From: an uncultured virus (IMG/VR IMGVR_UViG_3300014043_000005)
Lineage: Duplodnaviria; Heunggongvirae; Uroviricota; Caudoviricetes
DNA length: 64,000 bases
Virus record (IMG/VR): IMGVR_UViG_3300014043_000005
Strand: one strand, 5' to 3'
The position numbers and the translations under genes are program-made. The notes under the pieces were generated by a model. It searched no databases. It saw nothing but the letters and a program-made list of their open reading frames with translations, and was not told where the DNA came from. How positions within the stretch are numbered: position 1 is the first letter of the stretch; the number at the start of each line of letters is the position of its first letter. This document shows, in pieces, positions 10,421 to 20,823 of this stretch.

Positions 10421-11041
10421 ATGAGAATGCTGCGGAAACTGTATGTTCAAGCACGATTGGACATTGATGATGACATGATGGACGCAATGATTGCAAATGA
10501 GCATATTCCCACCGATCATGATGATAATGGAATACTGCGTGTGGACATGGATTCATGCGAACAATATATTAATAAGTATACGAATGAATCAACTGGCTTC
10601 ACTTATCCAACCGGTAATCGTAACAATACCTTTTCGCAAACATCATTGGATGACGCAATTAAAACCTTGCCTGATGATGTTAAGAATGTAATCAATGATT
10701 ACATGGATTCATTCAAACTTGTGCATGACAAGGAATGCAAGGAATTGCGAAAACAAGGTTTGATTCGCGCGAAAACCGGAATTATTTCATCAATGCTGCA
10801 TGTTAAGAACATGACATCAAAAGAAATCATCGCGAATGTTCCGCGCCGCCGCGTCAGAATGGCATCCACTGGAAAGAATGAATGGTTCTATGATTTGGAA
10901 ACAGTCATTAAACGATTGAATGATGGCACTGTTCCCATTGAACGCATTACATTCACGGATAAAGGCAAGGCGTTCCTGAAACATGGCGGGGATGAAAGCA
11001 TTGTTAACATCGTGAATGCACGCAATAATAAAGCATGCTGA
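10421..11041 (+). CDS. Hypothetical protein, possibly DNA-binding
   Basis: 206-aa ORF with RBS GAAAGGA and an upstream GCCACGCCG box. Confidence 0.65.
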   Translation: MRMLRKLYVQARLDIDDDMMDAMIANEHIPTDHDDNGILRVDMDSCEQYINKYTNESTGFTYPTGNRNNTFSQTSLDDAIKTLPDDVKNVINDYMDSFKLVHDKECKELRKQGLIRAKTGIISSMLHVKNMTSKEIIANVPRRRVRMASTGKNEWFYDLETVIKRLNDGTVPIERITFTDKGKAFLKHGGDESIVNIVNARNNKAC

Positions 11042-11058
11042 TAAAAGCAATCCCTATG

Positions 11059-11103
11059 AAAAAGAGCCGGAATAATCATCATGAACTATTCCGGCTCCTT
11101 TTT
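11059..11103. terminator. Bidirectional terminator between convergent genes
   Basis: AAAAAGAGCCGGAATA...TATTCCGGCTCCTTTTT. Confidence 0.7.
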
Positions 11104-11130
11104 CTTTATTATGCGATTTGAATTAAAATA

Positions 11131-12081
11131 TTATTTCGCTGGTTTCAAACCATTCCTGCGCGTCCGTGGCTTATTATTCCGTTGATTCCGCGTGTTCGCA
11201 TTCCGATTATCACCAGGTTTTCTGCTGGCATTGGATGCATTGGAATCATTACGTCCTCCGATATCCAAATGCTGCTCATCCTTATCATCCGCGCGAGTTA
11301 TGTCAATGTCATCATTGGATTCATAAGCCTCAGCGAACGCCGCAAGCATTTCCGGGGACATGTCCGTCGAATCCAATATTGCACGCACTGTTTTTACGCC
11401 GGTGAGTCCGAGGCGACGAGTGGATTGTTCATCAACATCATCTGCTTTCTCATCACGGACAAGTTTGTTCTGCAGTTTCCGTGGACGCATGGATTCATCA
11501 TAATCCAATAATGATAGCATGCTGGCGATTGCGGTTTCACGGGAAATCTCAGGATTCTCATTATCTCTGATTGCAATTACCGGCAACAATGCCAGTATAG
11601 CGCCGAGACGCACATCATCATTCGCTTGCACATTGAATGCTTCCAATGAATCCATCCAATCCTGATATGATGCTTTCAAATCATCAAACCCGTCATCCTG
11701 CGCATAATCACGGAAATATTTCAAATACGCGCCCTGTAATTGTTCAATGAAAGTAGGAACATCACGTTTCCTGCTCGTGAATCGTTCATGTTTGGATAAT
11801 CTCATGAGAATACTGTCATTCTTACCATTTGAGGTTATCAGCATGCGATGAATGATATTTGCCGGTTTCCCACGGAAACGTTCCGTGTCCAATAATGCAT
11901 CCAATGAATCCACTATTTCATCCTGCGTTTTATTCAAACGCTGCTTGCCGTCCATGAGGCGTTTCACGGTATCCGGTTCAGCGTTCAGCAGTATGCCGAT
12001 TTCCTTATCCGTGAGATTCGCGCGTCCAACGGTTTTAATCAAATCAGTCATGAAACCGATAATATCATAATATGCAATCAA
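11131..12081 (-). CDS. Hypothetical protein with possible N-terminal HTH and basic C-terminal tail
   Basis: LTDKEIGILLNAEPDTVKRLMDG is HTH-like. 316-aa open frame. Confidence 0.65.
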   Translation of the reverse strand: MIAYYDIIGFMTDLIKTVGRANLTDKEIGILLNAEPDTVKRLMDGKQRLNKTQDEIVDSLDALLDTERFRGKPANIIHRMLITSNGKNDSILMRLSKHERFTSRKRDVPTFIEQLQGAYLKYFRDYAQDDGFDDLKASYQDWMDSLEAFNVQANDDVRLGAILALLPVIAIRDNENPEISRETAIASMLSLLDYDESMRPRKLQNKLVRDEKADDVDEQSTRRLGLTGVKTVRAILDSTDMSPEMLAAFAEAYESNDDIDITRADDKDEQHLDIGGRNDSNASNASRKPGDNRNANTRNQRNNKPRTRRNGLKPAK

Positions 12082-14052
12082 ATAATTTCAATGATTATAG
12101 CATTGTAATGATCATGAATCAGGATGACATTCAACAATCCGTATTCAGCACATTGAACGCATGGTTTCAATACTCTCATGATGCTGGCATTCAAACATTG
12201 ATTGCAAATCCTGAAATTAGTTTAAACGCATTACCGAAGTTCAAGCCGAATGATAATATGATTACAATGCATTTAATGAAATCATGCTGATAATACTGCA
12301 TGACAGCATGAATTCGGATGAGACGATTAAATCCATCGCGACAATCATGTTTATCCATTCCGACTGATAAACATGATTGCAATGCGTTAAAACGTTCAAC
12401 ATTGCTTGACAGCGAAATCAATCTCATGAGAACACATGATTCTGGCTAATTATGCAACCGTGCGATGACAGGAAAAGCGATGATTGTTCATATGGATTTT
12501 ACAATGAAAACAAGCTGTTGCCGATACAACGTGGTTCGGAGGTTTCGAATAATGACCAACGACAGCCATGAACGCATCGATCACAGCCGCAATGCCGTTA
12601 TGGAGCAATGTGCCGTTCTCCGCGTTCCCGCCTCAGACTCTACCGCCATGATATTATGAATCTGAATGATTTCCACATGTCCCCGCATGTTGGATAGATA
12701 TTCACTGTTCGTGTGATATTCATCGAACAACGGAACCGCAGCAGGAACAATCCGATGGGATTGTCTGCAACATGAGCGCATGCATTCATGCAAACGCGGA
12801 AAACCAGCGACCGAAGACGATATGGCTTCGATATAACCGAAAATCACAGGTTCCGAACACCATCATACACTTCCATGATGACGGAGCCGACCCCGCAGGA
12901 GCACAGCTTCCGAGAAAAGCACGCGCGACAGCAGCAATGCGAACAATGGCTACATACCATGCATGCATAACGCATTGCGATGACATCGTGAGACGGCAAG
13001 TATCGGATAGGACGGGTCATACTGCGCCAGTCATGTACAATGCTGGCAATGCAGCAAAAGCTGGCCGCAGGTCAAAGCGCGGGCGTCGAGTCAGAGTCGC
13101 GTGGCCTAACCGACCGATCAGATGCGGACGATGACCGAAGACATTCCCACCGAAAACATCTGATGGCACCGGTCAAGATACGCCAAACGCATCGAAGCCG
13201 GTTGTCTGAAGCCAGTTGTGGAATAATCGAAGCATGCCGACGCAACGGAGCAGGAAGAGAACAAGCGGAAACGAGCTTCACGGATTTGCCCGCGCTGCAT
13301 GGGAGTAATGAACCATGCGCGGATGAAGAGCCTGGCAGCAACCTCACAAGGAAACAGAACAACAAAAACCTGAATCTCAAATGCGGATGCAGCGAGACTA
13401 TTCATATATATAAGTAAGTAAGTTTGAAATATATATAACGCCGCTCTGAAACGCGCCATATAGCTTCGCAATGAACACACTAGAGAATAATCATGTGGAT
13501 GACAGACATCCTGACATGCCTGCGATGCAATCATCTGATTGCATTCTGGCAGACTTTGATTCAATGTGTTCATTGTGGGTTCGTGGCGTGATACAGGGCG
13601 GAATCTGCGACCGGCACGATTTCCTACAAACAAACACCTCCTACTTCTACCAGGCCAGGTACGGATATTCCAAACTGCAGTCTTTCGCATCTGCAGACTC
13701 AGGCTGTCAACGACCTATCTTCCGACCCTAAACCATCATATATCATGAGAGATTCACCGATGAAACCAATGATAATTAATGTTAATGTTCACACTTCTTC
13801 GATAATCCAAACGGCAAAAACCCATCTCACTCAGGTTTCGATAACACCATTGCTTCGCTTATGATGTGAACACGCAGATACGACAATATGTTCTCATTTT
13901 CATATAAGTTCCCGCAACAAGAACTAACCATGTGCAAATCTCCGTTTCCGGCATTCCTCTCCGCGCTTCAGGAATGGTTCTTCACCAGCTTGGTGACGTG
14001 CGTGAAAAAAAAGAAAAAGAAAAAACAGTACAGTAGTGACAGCGCCGCATTT

Positions 14053-14096
14053 TTTTTTGAAATCAGCCGGAGCGCTTTTTTGAAATCAGCCGGAGC
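14053..14096 (+). repeat. 21-bp direct repeat x2
   Basis: TTTTTTGAAATCAGCCGGAGC at 14053-14073 and 14076-14096, next to an A-tract at ~14005-14024. Confidence 0.85.
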
Positions 14097-14391
14097 TTGG
14101 AAGTGGAAACGATGGAGTCGGGCATGACGGAACCCTCAATACATGAACCCTCGGAGGTATGACGGCGGCAAGTCCATGTCCGGTATGTCCCGCCGGACGA
14201 AACCGCAATCATCGTCGCGTCGCATATCTCATCGCGGGCATGCTGTCAGCATCATCTCAACCGCACATTCCTAACGCCCGCACGGACATGTCATCTCACA
14301 CACTCCGCGCATCCTCTAATGCATTTCATGCACGACACGGCTTTTCAATGCGTGACGCACGCTGTTTTGCTTTTTGATACTCCCGTGAATC

Positions 14392-14646
14392 ATGTTCATA
14401 TTGCTCGTTGAACATAATGAAATAAATGATGGTGAGCCATTGAGCATGTATCTTGCAAGTTATTTCACTAAGCAGGATAAGCAATTATTGGAATCATTCG
14501 GTATTGTTAACATGAATGCACGCACTAAGTATGATGCCAGCATAACCGGTTATAAAAAGGATTCAAATGATACCATTCAGCGTGTCATGACATTCGCATC
14601 ATTAAGTAAGTTCAATAATGCGTTCAATGATTACAATTTAGAATAA
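14392..14646 (+). CDS. Hypothetical protein
   Basis: 84-aa ORF convergent with the next gene. Confidence 0.4.
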   Translation: MFILLVEHNEINDGEPLSMYLASYFTKQDKQLLESFGIVNMNARTKYDASITGYKKDSNDTIQRVMTFASLSKFNNAFNDYNLE

Positions 14647-15300
14647 TCAATGTTTATTTCGCTTATTATTCCTATGATTACCATCATGCAGAACGGAACG
14701 ATGTTTCGATCCTGTTTTCGCTTCCAAATCATAAATACGACTGCGTGAATTACGATTCTTACGTTTCAATCGTTTTATTCTCTGTTCCAATTCAATGTTC
14801 TCTGTTTTTAATGATGAATTCATTGCACGCAATTCTGCAAGTTCATGAATCATTGCCTGTTCACGGGATTGTCCATCCGTTTCAGTTTCAAACCGCTCAC
14901 GTTCGGATTCAATGTCAATCATACTGTATTCAATGGGAATAATATGCTCATGTGCAAGCAAATCCAAATAATTCGCAATCAAAAATCGTGAAAATTCATT
15001 GCCTTTATCAGTATCATCCATCATTGAACGCATCATGATTGCAATGTCAGCATATGATAACGGTTTCCAATGTTCATATGATTTCGGCGCATCCGATTTC
15101 TTAACGCCTTTACCATCGGGTGCCAATAGAATATATGCGCGATTCCAGTATGGAGAATATTTGAAATCATTATCCAAATCATTCTCAATATAAGAATAAT
15201 ACCTATCCAGTTGATTATCATGCACGTTTGAGAATACCTTGTTTTCAATGCAAATAAGCATCCTGTTCCTGCGTGATGTAATGAGAATGTCAATGTTATC
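14647..15300 (-). pseudogene. 5'-truncated PD-(D/E)XK nuclease-family protein with C-terminal coiled coil
   Basis: In-frame NIDILI...ICIENK...DNQLDRYY motif. An in-frame TGA lies just upstream of the D motif, so the N-terminus is missing. Confidence 0.6.
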
Positions 15301-15392
15301 GCGGTTTCATGAATCATGACAACACGTTAACAGCATTGGAAACGAATTTCATCACTGTAATCATGAACGGACAAGTGCCATTAAAAGCAGCT

Positions 15393-15530
15393 GATTTCAA
15401 TTCTGGCGCGAATTTTAATCATTTTGTGAGCAAACATATCGAAAACAGTGTTTTCCATCATTCTAATTTAAATCGTCGTCCACAGAGCGCGTAATATTGT
15501 GCTCTGTGGACGACATCAAAATTCACGGAA
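15393..15530 (-). repeat. Dispersed palindrome-containing repeat, copy 3 (inverted)
   Basis: GTCGTCCACAGAGC...GCTCTGTGGACGAC. Flanks match copies 1 and 2 on the minus strand. Confidence 0.85.
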
Positions 15531-15747
15531 AACAATACTAATGATTTTCATATGAAAAACACGCTGTTCACACTGATACCATGATCATCATAATAAAATA
15601 CTCTCCGATAGTCCACAAATGTAGACAAATATAAGCATTCCGCTTTTAATAATTATATTTGATTATTGTTCCTGATACATTCCCACAACACTCTGGTAAT
15701 TCTAATAATGCACACATGAACGATTCCATGAATACAGCATTATGGTT

Positions 15748-17253
15748 TCATATGCATTTTATTTTTATTATTCTGTTTATTCTCTTATTCTTATGCTTGC
15801 ATGTTTTCCTATATGATTTCGGACGCTCCTGCATTAATAGTTCCTTATCCCTGCGAACATTGAAATCATTGAAACCATTCTCATGACATAAATCATTAAA
15901 CCATTCCGCGTATGATTTCCATAAACCTGTCCTGTCAGTGCAATCCTGAATGTTCGCCTTGGATGCCAATCCAATGTATACAATTGTCCGCAAATCAATC
16001 ATAATACCATCAGTATGCTGGATGACATTGCGGACATGCCTATGATTATATTTCAATGATTTCACACTCATACGCACATGCAGCATACCATGCTCATCAA
16101 ATTTGTAATCACGTTTCATAAAATGCATGCATCCTGATTGCAATGGGAACATTTTCAACTTATGCGGATTCATAGTCAGTCCAATTCTGTCGGATTCTTT
16201 TATAAGCATTCGTTTGAATGATTCCGCTGATTGTCTATCAGGGCAAATGCAATAACCATCATCCATGTACCTGCCATAATAACCATAGGATGATGCCATA
16301 TGATCGATTTTATTCACGAACCATATCGCCATTGTCTGACTTGTCTGATTTCCCAGCCCTAAATGTTTCTCATCATGAATGAAAATCCTGAGAATATCCA
16401 ATATTTTCTGAATGTTATCCTTGAACGCATTGAATTCATTCTGCTCATCAGGTTGCACGAATGGTTCCATGTCAATCGCATAATGTTCATACATTGATTG
16501 TAATTGTTCAAATACAATCATACTATCAATGCTTCCGAAATAATTATGATAATCAAACACGACAACATGCGGATCAATCCATTTATTATCCTGAATATGA
16601 TTTTTATTCATTCCACGTAATTCATCATTATTCTCATATAGCAGATTAACCTTATCCTGATTACATTGTTTCCATGATTCACCAGCCGCATTATTCTCAT
16701 GATTCACACTATCAGAATCATTATTATTGTTATTCATTTCGTTCATGCATACATTCATGTAATCATTATTCACATTCCGGACATACTGATTGAATGCTTT
16801 CAACATGTCATTCCGCAACCGGTTCCGTGTGAATGATGTCCCTTTACCTGATAATGATGCACCATTATCATAAATGAGAGTATTGGATACAATGGGAACA
16901 AGATTATTATCACACAGTGAACGTTGAACATCCCTATCCCTGAATCTGACTGCACTGATGAGCCGTTCCTTGTCGCGTTCATTCAGAATGAAATGGACTG
17001 GTTCACGTTTCCTATAATCACCGTTCATGATTTCATCATGCAGCATTATCGCATGTGCAAGATTTGTTTTAATGTGTTCAATGACGGATTGTTTCCACCA
17101 TACACCATTCTTACATGTTTTCGCCGCGTCAAACAATGCCTGCGCACCGAACACATTCTCTGGTTCCATGAGTGGTTTCATGCGTTCATACTTACGCCTG
17201 ATGCGGTTCTCCCTGCGTCGCGCCGCTTTCAACGCGCGTTTAGTTGCACTCAT
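15748..17253 (-). CDS. DGR reverse transcriptase
   Basis: ERDKERLI..VRFRDRDVQRSL, YDNGASLSGKGT, FDYHNYFGSID, LGLGNQTSQ (DGR-type SQ motif) and YGRYMDD. A TR/VR pair lies nearby. Confidence 0.93.
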   Translation of the reverse strand: MSATKRALKAARRRENRIRRKYERMKPLMEPENVFGAQALFDAAKTCKNGVWWKQSVIEHIKTNLAHAIMLHDEIMNGDYRKREPVHFILNERDKERLISAVRFRDRDVQRSLCDNNLVPIVSNTLIYDNGASLSGKGTSFTRNRLRNDMLKAFNQYVRNVNNDYMNVCMNEMNNNNNDSDSVNHENNAAGESWKQCNQDKVNLLYENNDELRGMNKNHIQDNKWIDPHVVVFDYHNYFGSIDSMIVFEQLQSMYEHYAIDMEPFVQPDEQNEFNAFKDNIQKILDILRIFIHDEKHLGLGNQTSQTMAIWFVNKIDHMASSYGYYGRYMDDGYCICPDRQSAESFKRMLIKESDRIGLTMNPHKLKMFPLQSGCMHFMKRDYKFDEHGMLHVRMSVKSLKYNHRHVRNVIQHTDGIMIDLRTIVYIGLASKANIQDCTDRTGLWKSYAEWFNDLCHENGFNDFNVRRDKELLMQERPKSYRKTCKHKNKRINRIIKIKCI

Positions 17254-17558
17254 GTGTTCTCCTTGTGTTCATTATGCATTCATTGTGAACATACAATAAT
17301 ATTGTTTGATTATATGTGATGTTAATGCATGACATAAGCATGTTATCATTTGATTTTCATGTGCTCATGTTTAATAAATATTATCTCATGCATTGTATTT
17401 GCGCAAATTATTCATTATGAAAATTTGATGATTATATTATTTCATGCTATCATTTGTATGAAATACGAATAAATAAGCATGTTATCAAGTATTATTATAT
17501 TTGGTTCTTATGTTTATTGTCCGCATGATTACAATGTTTTCAGTTCTGGAGATGATTT

Positions 17559-18620
17559 ATGGCTGTTGTTAAAAGCAAGCGTGGTGAAGCGGCGAGTGAG
17601 TTCGTGAAACAAGCTGATATTGTGTTCGACACGACGAATCGTTTAATCAGAAAACTATATAAGAAAACTGAGAATCATCGCCACATGTGCAACTGGTTCA
17701 TTGATTGCGCATATCGTATCCGTGATGACGCCTTTAAAGCCGATACCATTTACGTAACTGACATGTATGAGGCTAAGGAACGATTGGATTATCTGGATGA
17801 TGCGCGTGGTATTTTAAGCTCAATGCTCGGTTATACGGACAGATGGATGAAGGAAACACCAGCATTGGATATGAAATACATCAATGGGAACAATGATAAA
17901 CTGGATAAGAAGAAAATCATTAACTATGCTGGAACAATAATGAAAGCACTGGGCGCATTCATCAGCGCCGTGAAATCAGCACGAACGCGATTCACGAATT
18001 TACAGAAGAAAACAGAAGATGAAACCATGTTGACATTGGCGAAAGTATTGGCTAACCCGGAACAATATATTCAGGATTATGAGGGTGCGCATAAAAGAAA
18101 GGACAAACAGAAACCAGTGAAACCAATACTGACATCCAATGAAGTCAAACATATCATTGATAATGTATTCAATGCGAACATTATTCCATTGCATGAGAAC
18201 AGCATTCCTGATAAACCTGCGGTTCCTGCATCACCGGATAATAATATTGATAATAATATTCATGTTTATAATGCGGATAATAATATGACTGTGAGCAATG
18301 AGCATCATAACATCGTAAATAATGACAATGCTCATAATGCAAACATGACTTATAATGAGCATGAATCAGTAGTGGACATTGTTAATCATTATCATAATAT
18401 TATCGGCAGGACTGATGACATTGATATGCGGAATGTTCACATGAATTCAAATGATAAGCATTCAGTCAATCCATGGGAACATGTTGCATGCGAGAATGAA
18501 TCCAATGAACACAATCATGCTCCTGATGACGATGATTCGGTTCCTGTTTCATTCTGGGATGAGCTGTTCGGTTCGGATGATGTTCTCATGGATTCGAATG
18601 ATAATCATACATCAGAATAA
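17559..18620 (+). CDS. Avd-like DGR accessory protein with long Asn/His/Asp-rich C-terminal extension
   Basis: MAVVKSKR.E...EF start and A..IY....E..ER helical pattern typical of Avd/four-helix-bundle DGR accessories. Located upstream of TR on the same strand. Confidence 0.7.
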   Translation: MAVVKSKRGEAASEFVKQADIVFDTTNRLIRKLYKKTENHRHMCNWFIDCAYRIRDDAFKADTIYVTDMYEAKERLDYLDDARGILSSMLGYTDRWMKETPALDMKYINGNNDKLDKKKIINYAGTIMKALGAFISAVKSARTRFTNLQKKTEDETMLTLAKVLANPEQYIQDYEGAHKRKDKQKPVKPILTSNEVKHIIDNVFNANIIPLHENSIPDKPAVPASPDNNIDNNIHVYNADNNMTVSNEHHNIVNNDNAHNANMTYNEHESVVDIVNHYHNIIGRTDDIDMRNVHMNSNDKHSVNPWEHVACENESNEHNHAPDDDDSVPVSFWDELFGSDDVLMDSNDNHTSE

Positions 18621-19128
18621 GCGGATGACATATCAAATAAGCATGTTGAAACCAATGAGAACAAGCTAGATTCAACGAATAACTGAATTCGCCGCGCATG
18701 TCATCATCTCGATTGAGGACACGCAGCTCGTTAATCTGATGAAATCGCCTGCGCCGGTTGAGGACCCGTTGAAACCGGGGCACTACCTGCCGAATGGGAG
18801 GGCTGCTAAACGGGGTTTGAATCGTTTACTCAGTATGTCACGGTTGGGAAGCGTTCCGTGATATGCTTTACTTATAAGGCTGCGGCTGCTGGCCGTGTGC
18901 TTGTGCTTCCCCGTTAGGGGAATGAAACCATCATGTTCACATTGAACGCATCATATGAAGTGAACGCATAATAGTATGTTCTGGCATGTTAATAGTGTGC
19001 CAGAGTTGCATGCATTGGATTCATGTGCTATCATTAATCGTGTGCAGTCAGTTAATACCCGATTGTGCATTTTGATAACTTAATAGTGAGCGGTTGCATC
19101 CGCAAGTGGTGTCGGTTGCTGTGCTGTT

Positions 19129-19255
19129 TTGGCGGTGGGAGCGTTCGTCTTCCCCCCCCCCCAACAACAACAATTTCCTAAATATCAACAATAACGGCGA
19201 TCCCTCTAATAACAATAATGCCAACAATAATAATGGCGTTGTGCCGTGATTCTCC
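19129..19255 (+). ncRNA. DGR template repeat (TR)
   Basis: AAC/AAT-rich. Aligns to the reverse complement of 20830-20950 with substitutions at TR adenines. Confidence 0.95.
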
Positions 19256-20759
19256 AATCATGGAACATTGTGTTAATGCATACATCCAATATGTGATTAA
19301 CCCGTCGCATTCATTCGTTTCAGTGCAGGGGAAACATACATGCAATTTCTGGTTGCATGCATGTCCGCATCATGAATGTGATTCATATTGACGAATGATA
19401 CCATGTGTATTCATGGTATCAGGTCTTTTTAACAAGGAGAAGGGGATGCAATCGGGCAAGCATATCATCATGCTCATGATATGCTTCAAATAAGGGAACT
19501 TTTCACAGTCATAGTCAGAGTGAATGAACGCCTCAACAATAATTGCATGCAATTGCATGCATATGGTTTAAGCAATAATACTCCAGTTGCAGGTAGTTGA
19601 CAAATGCATGGGAATGAACCATTACCGCCGCTTATGATTAAAGCAATGCAATCATAAGATTATTTTGGTTGAAATGATGGAACATGTTGAACCACCATTG
19701 AATCATCATATAATCCAGTATGATGCATCCAATGTGTTCAATAATGGGAAATCATGGTAAGTACATGTTCAACGGTTCATGATGAATGCTTTTCTGACGC
19801 ATTATCGATACGATTCACTGCGGTTCCAGTGAATCGACAATGCTGATGAATATGAGAATTCCTATAATTATGGTTTTAAGCGCGAAAATCATGAAAACTG
19901 GCGAGAAGCGATGATTGAAATACTATCGGAGCAGAGAACCTGATGGATTGATTGACACGGCGGATGGGATGAATAATAAATGGATTCAATGCTGTCATTT
20001 GATTACAGAGCAGAAAATAAAGGTAATCATTGTTAACAATGAATCCACCATCCGCGTTTTTATTCTTTTAACAAATATGTTCAATGATGAAACTTATTAA
20101 ATGGTATTATTAATCGGATTCATTGTTAACATAATGTGAACAGCTATCCAGTTAATCATAAATTGATTATGATTAACAGCATTATGTCTCATGGATCGTT
20201 ATGTGCTCATTTGAATTCATAATATGCATTATAATCATAAATCTTACAAATATGTTTAAAACAATAAAGCTGTTGATTCCAAATAAAATTGATAATATCG
20301 TTAATGATTCGTAATAAATAATAAAAGCATGATTATTTATTATTGGAATCATGCCATTGCCATATGCAAAAGCAAAATATGATAAGCGATGAATAACATA
20401 TTGCAACTGATTGTGAATTTATGCGAATTATTCAAATAACAATATTCCATCGCTTATTACAATAACTATAATAGCACATGATTCACATTCATGCAAAAAT
20501 CCCATTGCTAACATCATGTTAACAATATGAAATCATAATGTGAACAAACTGATTATGACTTCATATAAACTTGGATCATATATGCCACAACCGGTTATTT
20601 TAATGATATGCTTATTGTTGTATTCAAATGATAACAATGTGGACATGGATGGGTCCATAATAATAAATATTGATAATATAGAAAATTTTAAAATAACGAA
20701 AAAGGTTTTCCACCATGCTCATGGTGGAAAACCCGAATGAACACAATTGTTAACAATTG

Positions 20760-20809
20760 TTTGCGGATGCCTACATGCGCGACACAGCACGCATTCCGGC
20801 ATCCGCAAA
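20760..20809 (-). promoter_or_regulatory. Stem-loop just downstream of the VR/IMH (DGR target-recognition hairpin)
   Basis: TTTGCGGATGCC (20760-71) and GGCATCCGCAAA (20798-809) form a perfect 12-bp inverted repeat 14 nt after the target stop codon. Confidence 0.75.
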
Positions 20810-20823
20810 TGTAGCCAAAATTT

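Noticed and set aside
15748..17253. RT as a group II intron, retron or CRISPR-associated RT
   Set aside because: The SQ motif, an avd-like neighbour and a TR/VR pair with A-specific changes identify a DGR. No maturase/domain V or msr-msd features were recognised.
19048..19257. Leu-rich 69-aa ORF on the minus strand
   Set aside because: It is the antisense reading of the AAC/AAT-rich TR.
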